Made by a program: the position numbers and the translations under genes
Notes under the pieces: generated by a model
What the model saw: only the letters and a program-made list of their open reading frames with translations
The model's database searches: none
What the model was told of the DNA's origin: nothing
In this document: positions 63,409 through 64,000 of the stretch, one piece after another
Layout of the letters: each line of letters starts with the position of its first letter
Numbering within the stretch: position 1 is the first letter of the stretch
Source of the DNA: Nostoc sp.
Lineage (GTDB): Bacteria; Cyanobacteriota; Cyanobacteriia; Cyanobacteriales; Nostocaceae
Direction of reading: 5' to 3'
Length of the DNA stretch: 64,000 nt
Assembly: GCA_036918135.1 (NCBI GenBank)
Contig: JBALDB010000051.1
Span: forward strand, 64,001-128,000

Positions 63409-64000
63409 ATGAGTTCCCGCGCACTGCTGTTAGTGAATCGTCATGCCCGCCAAGGGCAAAAGGCTCTGTCCGAAGCTATTGATTATTTGAAGAGACTCGG
63501 CTTTGTTTTAATTGAAGAGTCTACAGAACATCCAAAGCAACTTTCTGAAGTTATATTTCGCTACCAGCATCAAGTTGATTTGGTAATTATTGGTGGTGGC
63601 GATGGTACTCTTAATGCCGCAGTAGATGCTTTAGTTGAGACTCAGTTGCCTTTAGGAATCTTGCCTTTAGGAACTGCCAACGATTTAGCAAGAACTTTGG
63701 AGATTCCCAACTCCCTCAATGAGGCTTGTAATATTATTGCCCAAGGAAATTTACACCGCATTGACTTGGGTTGGGTGAACGGCAAGCACTTTTTTAACGT
63801 TGCTAGTCTGGGATTGAGTGTAAAAATTACCAAACGACTTACTAAAGAAGTCAAACGCCGTTGGGGAGTATTTGCTTACGCCGCCACTGCATTGCAAGTA
63901 ATTTTAGAAGCTAGACCTTTTAGTGCGGAAATTGCGATCGACACTCAATCAGTTCGCGTCAAAACCGTGCAAATTGCTGTGGGTAATGGTCGCTACTATG
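63409..64000 (+). CDS. YegS/DAGK-family lipid kinase (3' partial; absent from ORF track)
   Basis: Manual translation MSSRALLLVN...GGGDGT...LPLGTANDLAR...NVASLG. Confidence 0.9.
   Translation, partial: MSSRALLLVNRHARQGQKALSEAIDYLKRLGFVLIEESTEHPKQLSEVIFRYQHQVDLVIIGGGDGTLNAAVDALVETQLPLGILPLGTANDLARTLEIPNSLNEACNIIAQGNLHRIDLGWVNGKHFFNVASLGLSVKITKRLTKEVKRRWGVFAYAATALQVILEARPFSAEIAIDTQSVRVKTVQIAVGNGRYY

Noticed and set aside
573..63854. Many short ORFs overlapping longer genes
   Set aside because: Antisense or alternate-frame shadows of well-supported genes, or read-through of repeats (e.g. 45760-46005, 48542-48754)

Overview
Chromosomal window from a filamentous, probably heterocyst-forming cyanobacterium (Nostocales-like). 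The evidence is frequent HIP1 (GCGATCGC), heptamer STRR tracts, MITE-like and small dispersed repeats, and genes such as ebsA, mgdA and an ARTO-type oxidase operon. I saw no rRNA, tRNA or CRISPR array. Housekeeping genes (dnaX, mgdA, ebsA, moaD, gor, kdpABC) alternate with accessory blocks. Around 13.9-23.7 kb is a debris field: a virus/plasmid-like remnant, a restriction-modification methylase fragment, two truncated genes fused back to back, and a dead ISAs1. The best candidate for an undescribed system is a 10.6-kb organosulfur-scavenging island at 23.9-34.5 kb. It encodes a VOC protein, two DszC/SfnB-type monooxygenases, a porin, SfnG, a divergent LLM monooxygenase, and an unusual LysR regulator fused to a sulfonate/NitT-TauT-type solute-binding domain. 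I read a shared palindrome, TACNNTA-N12-TANNGTA, upstream of its transcription units. The remainder holds a FUSC gene bracketed by inverted MITE copies, a DUF2231-ARTO-NDH-2 respiratory module, PadR plus a carotenoid oxygenase, an aspartic-protease gene pair, and two 21-nt tandem arrays. All family assignments are by motif recognition only; no searches were run.
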